DNA of 64,000 bases from an uncultured Dehalococcoidia bacterium (GCA_950072105.1 CATMOE010000005.1:41879-105878); one strand, 5' to 3'. Positions 1-10,240 are shown, counted from the first letter of the stretch. Numbers and translations are program-made. Notes: generated from the letters alone by a model not told the origin.

Positions 1-1182
1 GACGGGCACGCGTTTCGGGTGTCGTCTCCCTCGTTCTTCCAGGTAAACGTGGAGCAGACGGTTCAAGTGGTGCAGGTCATCCGGGAAGCGCTGGATGTGA
101 AGAAAACCGACGTACTGCTGGACGCCTACACCGGAGTCGGCACCTTTGCCGTCCTTATGGCGCCCTACGTCCGGAAAGTAATCGCGGTGGAGGAGTCCTC
201 GGCGGCGGTGGCCGACGCCCGGCTGAATACGGGCGGGATCCCCAACATCGAATTGGTCCTGGGTAGGACCGAAGACGTGCTGCCCAACCTTACGGAGAAA
301 CCAGACGCGGCGATATTGGACCCGCCCCGCGCCGGTTGCCATCCCCGGACGATAGAGAGCTTGATCGAGCTGTCGCCGCCCAAGATAGCCTATGTGTCCT
401 GCGACGCGGAAACCTTGGGCCGAGACCTGAAACTACTGTGCGAAAGCGCCTACACGTTGGAACAGGTAGTCCCTTTGGATATGTTCCCCCAAACCCATCA
501 CGTGGAGTGCGTGGCCTTGCTCACCCGTAAAGCTCCGGCTGCTCCAATCATTTTGGCGTCGGCATCGCCTCGGCGCCGGGAGTTGCTGACTGGCTTGGGA
601 CTGGACTTCCAGGTGGTTCCCGCCGATATCCTGGAGGAGCCTCAGCCCGGCGAGATTCCTTTGAAGATGGCGGAACGTTTGTCCTTGGAAAAGGCCCAGG
701 CCGTGGCCGCCCGGTTCCAGCATGGGTTCGTCATCGCCGCCGATAGCGTCGTGGTACACCAGGGCCGGCCCTACGGAAAGCCGATCGACGCCGATGATGC
801 CCGCCGGATGTTGCGGGAGCTACGGGGCACCAGCCATCAGGTGGTCACCGGGATCACCGTGATGAACGTTGAAGACGGCCGGGTTCTAACGGACAGCATG
901 GCCAGCGACGTGTCGATTCGGGACTTCACGGACGGCGAGATGGAGATTTCCATCGCGACGGGCACACCGATGGACAAAGCAGGGGCCTACGCGGTGCAGG
1001 ACGAAGAATTTCGCCCGGCCCGATCCTGGGAAGGGTGCTACACCAACATCATCGGCCTGCCTCTTTGCCGCCTGAGCCAGATGCTGGCCGAGTTGGGGTT
1101 TGATGGGACACTGAGCCATCCCGATGCGGACTCGCCCGTCTGCGGTCCGACCTGCCCGCTCCGGCCGGAAGTAACACCATGA
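1..1182 (+). CDS. RlmD/TrmA-family RNA (uracil-5)-methyltransferase C-terminal part fused to a Maf-family nucleoside triphosphate pyrophosphatase (5' end outside window)
   Basis: Methyltransferase motifs SFFQVN, LDAYTGVG, LDPPRAG, YVSCD and DMFPQTHHVE are followed in frame by Maf motifs ILASASPRRRELL, GKP, DKAGAYAVQ and GCYTNIIGLP. The frame is open from base 1. Confidence 0.9.
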   Translation, partial: DGHAFRVSSPSFFQVNVEQTVQVVQVIREALDVKKTDVLLDAYTGVGTFAVLMAPYVRKVIAVEESSAAVADARLNTGGIPNIELVLGRTEDVLPNLTEKPDAAILDPPRAGCHPRTIESLIELSPPKIAYVSCDAETLGRDLKLLCESAYTLEQVVPLDMFPQTHHVECVALLTRKAPAAPIILASASPRRRELLTGLGLDFQVVPADILEEPQPGEIPLKMAERLSLEKAQAVAARFQHGFVIAADSVVVHQGRPYGKPIDADDARRMLRELRGTSHQVVTGITVMNVEDGRVLTDSMASDVSIRDFTDGEMEISIATGTPMDKAGAYAVQDEEFRPARSWEGCYTNIIGLPLCRLSQMLAELGFDGTLSHPDADSPVCGPTCPLRPEVTP

Positions 1183-1463
1183 ACTTCATGGGCATGGGTA
1201 TCATGGAGCTTGCGGTGATCTTCCTGGTTTCCTTTTTAGTGCTGGGTCCTTCCAAGTCCATCGACATGGCGCGAACCGCAGGCAAGGTGATCCGGGACCT
1301 GCGGAGCGCCATGTCGGATCTGACTTCTGCGGTGGACTTGGACCAGACTTCCCCTCCCTCGGCCCCTTCGCAGGCATCAACGACGGCCCCTACGAATGAA
1401 CTCCAGCCCGGAGTCGCAGTTCCCTTAGAAGAAAACACCACCGGCAAGTCTGAGGATGAGTGA
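1179..1463 (+). CDS. tatB: TatA/TatB-family twin-arginine translocase subunit (TatB-like)
   Basis: N-terminal TM helix with ELAVIFLVSFLVLGP, then an amphipathic helix; overlaps the start of tatC. Confidence 0.8.
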   Translation: MNFMGMGIMELAVIFLVSFLVLGPSKSIDMARTAGKVIRDLRSAMSDLTSAVDLDQTSPPSAPSQASTTAPTNELQPGVAVPLEENTTGKSEDE

Positions 1464-2220
1464 CCAACAGCTAACTTTGCTTCAACACCTGGGGGAGCTG
1501 AGAAAGCGGCTTTTTATCTCCGTTTTGGCTCTATTGGCGGGCAGCGCCGTATCCTTTGCTTTTTTCAAGCAGATCATCGAGTTTTTGGTCCGGCCCGCCC
1601 GGGATCTGGGCGGGGATGCCGGAGCCCAGTTGATCTACATCGAGGTGACCGAACTATTGACGACCAGCGTCAAGGTGTCTTTCGTCGGCGGATTCATCTT
1701 GGCCTCCCCGGTGATCCTGTACCACCTCATCATGTTCGTCGCGCCGGGTCTGACCGGAAGGGAGAAGCGCTATTTGCTCGCCTTTCTGCCGGCGGTGCTG
1801 GGGGCGTTCGCCGCGGGCGTAGCTTTCGCCTACTTCGTTATGACCCCGCCGGCGCTCCACTTCTTGCTTACCTTCGGTGGCGACGTGGCGACGCCGATGA
1901 TTCGGATAAGCAACATCGTCAATCTGATGATCCGGCTTCTCGTCTGGATGGGTATCGTTTTTGAGACACCCCTGGTTATATACCTATTGGCGCTTCTGGG
2001 CATTGTCAACACCCGAATACTGGGAAAGTTTCGACGATATTGGGTGATCGTTTCTTTCGTACTGGCCGCGATCATCACGCCGACATTCGACCCCTTCAAC
2101 CAAGTCCTGGTGGCGGCGCCCCTGCTGGTACTGTACGAACTCGGCGTCCTGCTGGCCCGCTTGGCCGGACGCAAGCGAACCCGGTCTGAGGCGATCGTTC
2201 CTTTTTCCGAGCCTGACTGA
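1456..2220 (+). CDS. tatC: Twin-arginine translocase subunit TatC
   Basis: HLGELRKRL, FVAPGL..REKRY, FETP and AAIITPTFDP motifs; multiple TM segments. Confidence 0.97.
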   Translation: MSDQQLTLLQHLGELRKRLFISVLALLAGSAVSFAFFKQIIEFLVRPARDLGGDAGAQLIYIEVTELLTTSVKVSFVGGFILASPVILYHLIMFVAPGLTGREKRYLLAFLPAVLGAFAAGVAFAYFVMTPPALHFLLTFGGDVATPMIRISNIVNLMIRLLVWMGIVFETPLVIYLLALLGIVNTRILGKFRRYWVIVSFVLAAIITPTFDPFNQVLVAAPLLVLYELGVLLARLAGRKRTRSEAIVPFSEPD

Positions 2221-2253
2221 CCAGTGGTGCGCGGTAACGTCCCGCCCCAATAA

Positions 2254-2281
2254 AAAGGGACCGGCAATCGCCGGTCCCTTT
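2254..2281. terminator. Bidirectional intrinsic terminator between convergent tatC and tatA
   Basis: AAAGGGACCGGC-aatc-GCCGGTCCCTTT hairpin with A/T tails. Confidence 0.85.
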
Positions 2282-2318
2282 GACTTACCCGAATGATGTT
2301 CTATCGACGCTAGTTCGT

Positions 2319-2522
2319 CTAAAGCGGATCTTTGTCTGAACTGGTCGTGGCCTCACTCCCGGCAGCTTCATTGTCGTCTTCACCGGTTACAGCGCTCTTA
2401 AACGTCCTGATACCTTTGCCCAGGGAGGAGCCTATCTCCGGCAGCCGCTTAGCGCCGAAAATCAGCATGATTACCAGCAAAATGATTAATAGCTCCGGTA
2501 TGCCCAGCGGGCCGATTCTCAT
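2319..2522 (-). CDS. tatA: Twin-arginine translocase subunit TatA/TatE (67 aa)
   Basis: MRIGPLGIPELLIILLVIMLIFGAKRLPEIGSSLGKGIRTFK; start moved to the ATG at 2522. Confidence 0.95.
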   Translation of the reverse strand: MRIGPLGIPELLIILLVIMLIFGAKRLPEIGSSLGKGIRTFKSAVTGEDDNEAAGSEATTSSDKDPL

Positions 2523-2663
2523 GTTGGTCACTTTCCTTGTAAGCCATTCTAAGCCATTTCTATCTGGCTTTAGACTGTAATGATAACAAAAATGCCCGTC
2601 CCGGCACAATTGGCTAAGGAACGAGTTCTACGCTAGATAGGCCTGATATTAAGCCAGAGATGA

Positions 2664-2692
2664 TTGACAGCACCAAAGTCCGACACTAAGCT
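2664..2692 (+). promoter_or_regulatory. Putative sigma70-type promoter for the GMC oxidoreductase
   Basis: TTGACA-N17-TAAGCT. Confidence 0.6.
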
Positions 2693-2849
2693 CCAAATAC
2701 TTTGCTCGGACTCTGCTAGCGGCATCGGGCCGGGTGATGTGTGGAATCCGAATTGATAGTTTGAGACAACCCAGAAAGTGCTATCATCACGGGAATCAGG
2801 ACGATCTGGGAAATCCTAACTTAGAAGACGAAGCGTTCAAGGAGGGTCT

Positions 2850-4424
2850 ATGAAATATGACGTTATCATCGTTGGCGGAGGAGCGGCTGGATCAGTGCTG
2901 GCCAGCAGGCTGGCTGAAAACCCGAATACATCCGTTCTATTGCTGGAAGCCGGGACGGATTACCCGGACCCAGACAATCTTCCGGACGAGATAAAGTGGG
3001 GCCACACGAGATATGCGGAATCCCCAGACTCGAAACACAACTGGGCGTTGCGAGGAACGATCACCGAGGAGCAAGGGGAGATCCACGTGGCCCAGGGCAA
3101 GGTTATCGGGGGAGGGTCGTCCATCAACGGCCAGGCGATGCAAAGGGGATTGCCCGAGGATTTCGACTCGTGGTCTTCTTTAGGCAACGAAGAATGGTCT
3201 TATACCAAAGTCTTGCCCTTCTTTAGAAAATCGGAGCATGATCTAGACATTCGAGATGATTTCCATGGAACGGACGGGCCGATGCCGGTAAGGCGCCGCC
3301 AGTCAGGCGCCTGGCCTGACATCCAAAAAGCCTTCCATGCCGCCTGTTTGGAGGCTGGATTCGGGGCCTGCGAAGATACCAATGGTCCGAACCCCTCCGG
3401 CGTTGGGGTGGCTCCCACGAACAACCTTGACGGCATGAGAATGAGCGCCGCCATGACTCATCTCAACCCGATGCGCCACCGTCTTAACCTTACGGTGCGG
3501 GGAGGGGTTTTCGTCAGGAAGGTCTTGATCGAGGATCTAAAGGCCGTGGGCGTGGAAGTCGAAAGCGGGGGAGAGGTCTTCAACGTTGAAGCAGACCGGG
3601 TTGTGCTGAGCGCCGGGGCTATCAAATCGCCCCACCTGCTCATGTTATCGGGGATCGGCCCCAAGGACCAACTTGAGAAATTTGGTATAACGGCGGTTCA
3701 TGATCTCCCCGGCGTAGGGCAGAACCTGATGAACCACCTGAGCGCCCAGGTTACCTTCAAGGTCAAAGAAGGTGTCACCATCGCTGCCGATCACGAAGCG
3801 GCTCACTTTAGTTTGCATTACACCTCCCAAGGGTCCAGCGAGACCAACGATATGTTGCTGAGGACTACCGCCGTTGTCGACCAAAGAGAGGAGCGAGTAG
3901 CTGGTGTACGGACCAAGTACCTGACCGGTGAAGTTCCACCGGACCAGGTGGCCCGGATATCGTGTACTCTCGGGTTGCCCGACGGCTCGGGAAACGTCAG
4001 CTTGGCGTCCGCCGACCCCAGCGTGCAGCCGTCCTTTAACTACCGTTATCTCCAGCATCCAAACGACATCCGGCGGGTAAGGGAAGGCGTGCGGATGGCC
4101 ATCAGCTTTCTGGAATCCGACGCGTACAAAGACTTGGCCGATCACCGGATCCAACCAACAGACGACATTCTGGCCGACGACGACGCTTTGGACCTGTGGA
4201 TACGCCAGATCGTGGGAAGCGCCAGGCACGTGTCGGGCACCTGTAAGATGGGACCTGATTCAGACCCAATGGCGGTAGTCGACCAATACTGCAGCGTCAA
4301 GGGAGTTCAAGGGTTGTCGGTGGTTGATGCGTCGGTGATGCCGCGAGTTCCCAGGTCCGGGGGCGCCCATGCGACGGTTGTCATGATAGGGGAACGCGCC
4401 GCCGATTGGATCGCGCCGCGTTAA
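2850..4424 (+). CDS. GMC-family FAD oxidoreductase (choline dehydrogenase-like / MftG-like)
   Basis: GGGAAG Rossmann motif, LLLEAG, GKVIGGGSSING, LMLSGIG, HVSGTCKMG and VVDASVMP; GGAGG RBS. Confidence 0.95.
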   Translation: MKYDVIIVGGGAAGSVLASRLAENPNTSVLLLEAGTDYPDPDNLPDEIKWGHTRYAESPDSKHNWALRGTITEEQGEIHVAQGKVIGGGSSINGQAMQRGLPEDFDSWSSLGNEEWSYTKVLPFFRKSEHDLDIRDDFHGTDGPMPVRRRQSGAWPDIQKAFHAACLEAGFGACEDTNGPNPSGVGVAPTNNLDGMRMSAAMTHLNPMRHRLNLTVRGGVFVRKVLIEDLKAVGVEVESGGEVFNVEADRVVLSAGAIKSPHLLMLSGIGPKDQLEKFGITAVHDLPGVGQNLMNHLSAQVTFKVKEGVTIAADHEAAHFSLHYTSQGSSETNDMLLRTTAVVDQREERVAGVRTKYLTGEVPPDQVARISCTLGLPDGSGNVSLASADPSVQPSFNYRYLQHPNDIRRVREGVRMAISFLESDAYKDLADHRIQPTDDILADDDALDLWIRQIVGSARHVSGTCKMGPDSDPMAVVDQYCSVKGVQGLSVVDASVMPRVPRSGGAHATVVMIGERAADWIAPR

Positions 4425-4452
4425 CCCCGTCCAACATATATGTTTGGTAGGT

Positions 4453-4481
4453 GATGGGGCTCTCTAATTTGGAGCCCCATC
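4453..4481. terminator. Hairpin between convergent genes, possible terminator
   Basis: GATGGGGCTC...GAGCCCCATC inverted repeat with weak U-tails. Confidence 0.5.
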
Positions 4482-4536
4482 TGCTCAGTCAAAAGTTCTC
4501 CGGCCCTCGGCGCTCACCGGCACAGTTGGCTGGTGC

Positions 4537-5520
4537 TCAGTCTATCGTCAGTACGATCTTACCGAAATTGGCGTTGGTTTCCATGTAGCGGTGGGCCTCC
4601 GCAACCTCTTCCAAGGGAAAAGTTCGGTCCACCACCGGCTTCATGCTCCCGGAAACCAGGTGGGGAAGCACGTGGCGCTTGAACTGGGCGGTCACGATCA
4701 GCTTCTCTTCGATGGACCGGCCCCTTAAGGTAGTTCCGCACACTTGCAGACGCTTGGCCATCAAGTCCCGCAGATCCACTTGGACCTGGCCGCCGCCCAT
4801 CAGGCCCACCTCGACAATGCGTCCCAAGTTGGCCATGGAAGCGATATTCTGGTCCCAGTAAGGGCCGCCGATGAAGTCTATAAGCACGTCTACCCCGGCG
4901 CCCGCGGTTTTTTCTTTTACCACGGCCGCGAAGTCCTGCTCGTGATAATTGATGCCCACGTCCATGCCCAATTCGGCCGCTCCAGCCAGTTTCGCCGCCG
5001 AACCGGCTGTACCGAACACAAATGCTCCGGCATGGTGGGCCAACTGTACTGCTGCCGTGCCAACACCGCTTCCCGCCGCATGGACCAGCACGGTCTCTCC
5101 CATCTGGAGGTTGGCCTGGTTGAATAGCGCGTCGTAGGCGGTGAAATATACTTCCGGGGTCGCGGCGGCTTGGACAAAGTCCCATCCATCGGGGATAGGA
5201 ATAGCCATGCGGTGATGGGTGATGATACGGCTGGCATAACCGCCTCCGCCGAGGAGTCCAAAAACTCGGTCCCCCTTCGCCATGCCAATCACCCGATCGC
5301 CGGCCTCAAGAACCACTCCGGCGAACTCCAATCCCAGGATGTCCGATGGGCTACCGGGAGGGGAAGGATAGCCGCCTTGACGCTGAAGAGTGTCGGCGCG
5401 GTTCAAGGCGGTAGCTCTCACGTCAACCAGGATGTCTTCAGGGCCGGGGGCCGGGTCATCGACCTCCATTATCTTCAGAACTTCGGGACCGCCTGGCTCG
5501 GTTATAACGGCTGCGCGCAT
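4537..5520 (-). CDS. NAD(P)H-quinone oxidoreductase, PIG3/zeta-crystallin (MDR) family
   Basis: NRADTLQRQG, ILGLEFAG, VLVHAAGSGVGTAAVQ and NFGKIVL motifs. Confidence 0.95.
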   Translation of the reverse strand: MRAAVITEPGGPEVLKIMEVDDPAPGPEDILVDVRATALNRADTLQRQGGYPSPPGSPSDILGLEFAGVVLEAGDRVIGMAKGDRVFGLLGGGGYASRIITHHRMAIPIPDGWDFVQAAATPEVYFTAYDALFNQANLQMGETVLVHAAGSGVGTAAVQLAHHAGAFVFGTAGSAAKLAGAAELGMDVGINYHEQDFAAVVKEKTAGAGVDVLIDFIGGPYWDQNIASMANLGRIVEVGLMGGGQVQVDLRDLMAKRLQVCGTTLRGRSIEEKLIVTAQFKRHVLPHLVSGSMKPVVDRTFPLEEVAEAHRYMETNANFGKIVLTID

Positions 5521-5991
5521 GAATCTTGTCCTTTCAGATCTAGGCTTGAATCAGGGGGTCGTAATCGCCTGGGGAGATTGCGGACCAGTTTATCACCCTT
5601 TAATCGTGCCCGTTGTAGAGTGGCATGCCTATCACGAGGTTGCATACTTGGGACACTCTATATAGGAACTATAGTGGTCAACGCGTCCGGGGCCAGTGGC
5701 CGTCGATCAAGGATTGGTAGCAGGCTCAATCTCTTGGTTGATCGCGTTTAAGTGCGCCCTTTTTGTAGCTCTGTTAGCGAGTATTACTGGGATGCGCCGG
5801 CGCAAGAAACGTGAAGGAAGGCATTCGTAGTTGAAGCGCGACGAGGTGTATAATCGCGGCGGCAACAGCGAAAGCTTCGCCATAAGAGTCGTCACGCCGC
5901 TGGAGGCACTTGATCGGTGACGGCGAAAATGCCTCTTTCCGGCTCAAATCCAACCCAAATTTCCACTGGATTCCCTATCGCGGAGATAAAT

Positions 5992-6690
5992 ATGCATGAG
6001 TTGAACATCGATCCCTGGTTCGTGGACAAGGCGAAGCAGTCCCGCGACGGTAGGCTCAATGCCTATGAAACTCTGGATGCAAGTAAGACGGCGCTCGTCG
6101 TTGTCGATATGCAGAATTATTTCGTCGCCGACGGCATGCCGTCCTGTGCGCCCCAGGCGCGAACGATCGTGCCCAACATTAACCGCCTGGCCCAGGCAAC
6201 GCGGACGGCCGGTGGGAAGGTGATCTGGGTCCAGACCGAAGCGCTCTCCACGGACCCCCAGGACTGGGCCAACCGCAAGGAAGCAACGAGCGCCGCACGG
6301 TGGGCAAGTCGTCAATCGCTTTTAGCAACGGACGGCGATGGATTTCCGATCTACTCCACCTGCGAGGTGTTGCCGGAGGACAAGATCGCGATCAAGTACC
6401 GCTACTCGGCGTTCATTCCATACCCATCGGAACTTGACGGCCTGCTCCGTGAGCTAGGCATCGACACGCTGCTCATCACCGGCGTTGCGACCAGCACGTG
6501 TTGCGAGTCGACCGCGCGTGACGCTGCCATGTGGGACTACCGCACTATCATGGTCTCAGACGGCAACGCCGACCAGACGGATGCGCTGCACAATCACACG
6601 CTGGGCAAGTTTCTGGTGACCTTCGGCGATGTCCAGTCGACCGACGATTTGCTCACAAAGCTGAAGGCACCGGTGAAATCAGGAACCTGA
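5992..6690 (+). CDS. Cysteine hydrolase / isochorismatase family protein
   Basis: TALVVVDMQNYF, K.RYSAF and GVATSTCCESTARDA give the Asp-Lys-Cys triad. Start placed at ATG 5992 after GGAG. Confidence 0.92.
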   Translation: MHELNIDPWFVDKAKQSRDGRLNAYETLDASKTALVVVDMQNYFVADGMPSCAPQARTIVPNINRLAQATRTAGGKVIWVQTEALSTDPQDWANRKEATSAARWASRQSLLATDGDGFPIYSTCEVLPEDKIAIKYRYSAFIPYPSELDGLLRELGIDTLLITGVATSTCCESTARDAAMWDYRTIMVSDGNADQTDALHNHTLGKFLVTFGDVQSTDDLLTKLKAPVKSGT

Positions 6691-7005
6691 ACCTCAGCGG
6701 CCTGAAAACAAACACCGCCAGCCCGTGATTTTTGGGGAGTTCAACGCTTCCCCGTCTCCCCGTCCAATCTCGTCTGCGTGATGTTAAAATCGGAAAATTC
6801 TTGCGTCGATCCGCAAAGTAAGCCAGAAAGAGGATCGCTTTATAGCCCCACGGCAAAGAGAATTCGATGATCCGTCTGTGACCTAACGCCTTGGGCTGAG
6901 GACACGATCGGCTCTCTCCGAATAATTACGAGGTGCGCCGGGAGATCTCAACCGACTTACCACGGACGGTGACCCCATACCGGCGATAGTTGGAGTTGAA
7001 CCGCT

Positions 7006-9213
7006 TTGGACGAGAAACAAGAAGCCCATCTTATCGAAGAGAACCTTTTCTTGCAGCAACGGTCGCAAGAGTTGGAGACATTGTTCAAGATCTCCGGGCT
7101 CCTTAACCAACAGGGAACCTACAAGGATAAATTGAATGGCGTTATAAAGGAACTGGCACTCGTCGCGGAGGTATCCGGAGTGAGGATTGTTGTTCCAGAC
7201 CCGGAGCATGGCGGTTTGCGAACGATTATTCGAGAGGTGGGGAGCACATTACCGGAACTTCAGCAAGTCAGGGGCTTGTCGTTAATGGCGTTTGAAAGCG
7301 GCCAAGCCGTGGTTGCCAATGACTACCCTTCCCACCCCAATGCAGATCCAGTTGCCCTGGCAACTGGGGCGAAATCGGTGATTGCGTTGCCTATCAAGAA
7401 CGCCGAAGAGACGATCGCGGTGGCCGGTATCACTTCCCCGGAGATTAATCATTTCAATCCAGATCGAGTCCGGCTGTTGACTGCGATCGTCGATGGTTTA
7501 GGCCCCTTGTTAGAAAACGCCCGGCTGGATAGCCAACTGCTCCAACGGTCTGAGGAATTGGAAGCCCTGTTCAAAATCTCCAATATCTTTGGCCAACCCG
7601 GAACTTACGAAGATAAGTTGAGTGGTGTCATTGAGGAGATAGCACGCGTCGCAGACGTGTACGGGGTGAGGATTATTGTTCGAGACCCGGATGACGGCGG
7701 ATTGAGAACAATGGTCCGAGGGCAAATGGAATGGGAAGCATTGCCGGCTCTCCAGCAAGTACAAGGTTTGTCGTTAATGGCCTTTGAAAGCGGAGAAGCC
7801 GTGTTGGCCAACGACTACTCGTCCCACCCCAATGCGGAGCAAATGTTCATCGAAAGGGGGGTTAAGTCGTCGATATCGTTACCGATCAAGGCCGACGATA
7901 AAATAATAGCAGTGGCCGGTATCGCTTCGGACGAACTAAATCATTTCAATCCTGAGCGAGTGCGGCTATTGACCGCGATCGTTGATGGTTTAGGTCCTCT
8001 CCTAGAAAACGCCAGACTTGACCAAGACCTACTTGATTCAAATAGCCAGCTATCGGAGGCGTTAGAAACTTTAAAGGCCACGCAGGAACATCTCGTCCAT
8101 CAGGAACGGTTAAGCGCGTTGGGCACCATGGCCAGCGGCATTGCCCATGATTTCAACAACGCGTTGTCGCCCATCTTCGGCTATTCCGAGTTTCTCTTGG
8201 AGGACGCCGATGGATTCGACGAATCCACCGTGAAATACCTCCAAGAGATCCGGACCAGCGCCCAAGACGCCGGTGCGGTGGTCAGCCGTCTGCGGGAGTT
8301 TTACCGGGAACGGGATGGCTCGGAGCTAATGGCGCCGGTGAACCTAAACGACGTCGTTGCTAGGGTCATCTCGCTGACTCAGCCCAAATGGCGGGACATG
8401 GCGTTGGCGAACGGTATCGACATTCAGTTAATTACCCAACTCGCCGATGACCTGCCCGAAATTAGCGGTGACGAAGCCGAACTACGCTCGGCATTGGGTA
8501 ATCTAGTTTTCAATGCAGTCGACGCCATGCCCGAAGGTGGCACGATAACTCTGAAAACCTTCCAAGATGGTCAAGAAGTGATTCTGGAGGTAGCCGACAC
8601 CGGGACTGGGATGAGAGATGAGGTGCTCAAGCGCGCTATGGAGCCGTTCTTCACCACCAAAGAAGAACGGGGAACCGGTATGGGCCTGGCTATGGTGTAT
8701 GGCTCGCTCCAGCGTCACGAAGGCGAGCTGGAGGTTGAAAGCGAGGTCGGCAAAGGAACCACCTTCAGGTTCCGCATACCGGTCCAAACGGAAGTCCAAA
8801 ATATCGCCGAGACGCTTGAAGTAGAGCCGTTCCCCTCTGGACTCCGGTTTCTCGTGGTGGATGACGAGCAAAGAGTTCGGGACATGGTTGGTGAGTTCCT
8901 GCGGCGCCAGGGTTCGGCGGTGGAAACTGCGGCCAACGGCCGGGAAGCGCTGGAGAAATTTCACCAGAGCGAATTCGATCTTGTGATAACGGACCGGGGG
9001 ATGCCCGAGATGAATGGTGACGCGCTGGCAGAGGCGATCAAAGGGGAATCGCCCAATATGCCGATCATCATGTTGACCGGGTTTGGCGAGATGATGACCA
9101 GCAATAATGAAAAGCCTGCGGGAGTTGACGTCATTCTAGGCAAACCCGTCACTCCGGCGGCCCTCAGGCAGGCAGTCACCGTCTTAAGGGCGGAATACGC
9201 GGCCCGGGATTAG
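7006..9213 (+). CDS. Hybrid sensor histidine kinase (2x GAF, HisKA, HATPase, receiver)
   Basis: GIAHDFNN H-box, NLVFNA, DTGTG, PFFTTK and GTGMGL; receiver motifs VVDD, ITD.GMP and GKP; duplicated GAF region. Start codon uncertain. Confidence 0.93.
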   Translation: MDEKQEAHLIEENLFLQQRSQELETLFKISGLLNQQGTYKDKLNGVIKELALVAEVSGVRIVVPDPEHGGLRTIIREVGSTLPELQQVRGLSLMAFESGQAVVANDYPSHPNADPVALATGAKSVIALPIKNAEETIAVAGITSPEINHFNPDRVRLLTAIVDGLGPLLENARLDSQLLQRSEELEALFKISNIFGQPGTYEDKLSGVIEEIARVADVYGVRIIVRDPDDGGLRTMVRGQMEWEALPALQQVQGLSLMAFESGEAVLANDYSSHPNAEQMFIERGVKSSISLPIKADDKIIAVAGIASDELNHFNPERVRLLTAIVDGLGPLLENARLDQDLLDSNSQLSEALETLKATQEHLVHQERLSALGTMASGIAHDFNNALSPIFGYSEFLLEDADGFDESTVKYLQEIRTSAQDAGAVVSRLREFYRERDGSELMAPVNLNDVVARVISLTQPKWRDMALANGIDIQLITQLADDLPEISGDEAELRSALGNLVFNAVDAMPEGGTITLKTFQDGQEVILEVADTGTGMRDEVLKRAMEPFFTTKEERGTGMGLAMVYGSLQRHEGELEVESEVGKGTTFRFRIPVQTEVQNIAETLEVEPFPSGLRFLVVDDEQRVRDMVGEFLRRQGSAVETAANGREALEKFHQSEFDLVITDRGMPEMNGDALAEAIKGESPNMPIIMLTGFGEMMTSNNEKPAGVDVILGKPVTPAALRQAVTVLRAEYAARD

Positions 9214-9418
9214 GTCGGCACGGATTTCGTGACCAGCTTATTGCCACTAGTACCGCCAGGCCGTGTTGCTGGTGGAGGTCAACTCTCCCGTTTCCACCAA
9301 TCAGTTGGAATTTGCTAAACGAAGATCGAAGCAAATTCGGCATGTCTATTTTGGTCTTGGTTCCTCGGGCACACAATATTTGCCTAAGCTCTGACGACGC
9401 CACATGAATAATTTGTCG

Positions 9419-9445
9419 ATTTAAATATGCAACACGCTCAACTTG
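9419..9445 (+). repeat. 27-bp direct repeat, copy 1 (left border of AT-rich islet)
   Basis: ATTTAAATATGCAACACGCTCAACTTG; 26/27 identical to 10666-10692. Confidence 0.9.
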
Positions 9446-9510
9446 AGCATCTTGCATAATTATGATATCTTCTAATTAGAACAAAAACAGAACGGTCATA
9501 TGTTCTAGGT

Positions 9511-9810
9511 TTGGGAGGTGTGGTGGTGCCATTTGTACAACAAAATTCCCAAACGTTCACGCGGGCAAATATTGAAGTTATCACTCCAGGTCAAATGGGC
9601 GTTTATGGGATTTTTAAGACTAACCGTTGGATATATGTTGGCAGTGGGGACATTAGGAACAGATTGCTAGCGCACTTCAACGGGGACAATACCTGTATTA
9701 CTGGCGAGTTGCCGACGCACTATGTTGATGAGGTCACAACTAGCTATATTCAGAGAGAAAAAGACCTGATTAGGGAGTTGACGCCTGCTTGCAATCAACG
9801 TGTTGGCTAG
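9511..9810 (+). CDS. Small GIY-YIG nuclease-like protein
   Basis: GVYGI...IYVG..DIRNRL..H and a later RE..LI motif. The start may be the GTG at 9520-9526. Confidence 0.7.
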   Translation: MGGVVVPFVQQNSQTFTRANIEVITPGQMGVYGIFKTNRWIYVGSGDIRNRLLAHFNGDNTCITGELPTHYVDEVTTSYIQREKDLIRELTPACNQRVG

Positions 9811-9886
9811 AAACTTCCCGTAATCGGTTCATTGCAACTATAAAGCCGTATACCACAAGGTACATTTGCCAGAGCTTCGGAGCGAC

Positions 9887-10168
9887 CTATGGCGATGCGG
9901 AGTCATCCATTCCGGACGCCCCCACGAGTCGATTTTGAGACCTCTGAATAGCCATTAGATTAGAGTGTGGCGGCTGCGTAAGGTTAGTGCTCGTTGATCG
10001 CGATTCAAGCGTTAGCTGGTCTACCAAGGCCTTCTCAATGAACACAACGGCTCCTAGTTTCTGAGCGGGGAGTTCCCCAGACCTGATCCACCGCCAGATG
10101 GTATGGCGCCCCACGTGTAGCTGCCTGGCAGCGTGTGAGAGGGTATAGGAGGTTTCGGCGATTCTCAC
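9887..10168 (-). CDS. Excisionase-like helix-turn-helix protein (HTH_17 type)
   Basis: YTLSHAARQLHVGRHTIWRWIRSGELPAQKLG. Confidence 0.8.
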   Translation of the reverse strand: MRIAETSYTLSHAARQLHVGRHTIWRWIRSGELPAQKLGAVVFIEKALVDQLTLESRSTSTNLTQPPHSNLMAIQRSQNRLVGASGMDDSASP

Positions 10169-10240
10169 TGGTATCTAAACTTCTTAAGCTTAATGTTCAA
10201 TCATGGTAGACTAAAGTCACAAATTGCGCGGGAGGAGACC

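Noticed and set aside
9419..9445. 27-bp repeat as a dif/pdif XerCD site
   Set aside because: One arm loosely resembles a XerD box, but there is no matching inverted second arm across a 6-bp spacer.
9478..9510. LexA/SOS box upstream of the GIY-YIG gene (also about 41596-41609)
   Set aside because: GAAC and GTTC half-sites are present but have the wrong spacing or mismatches relative to GAAC-N4-GTTC.
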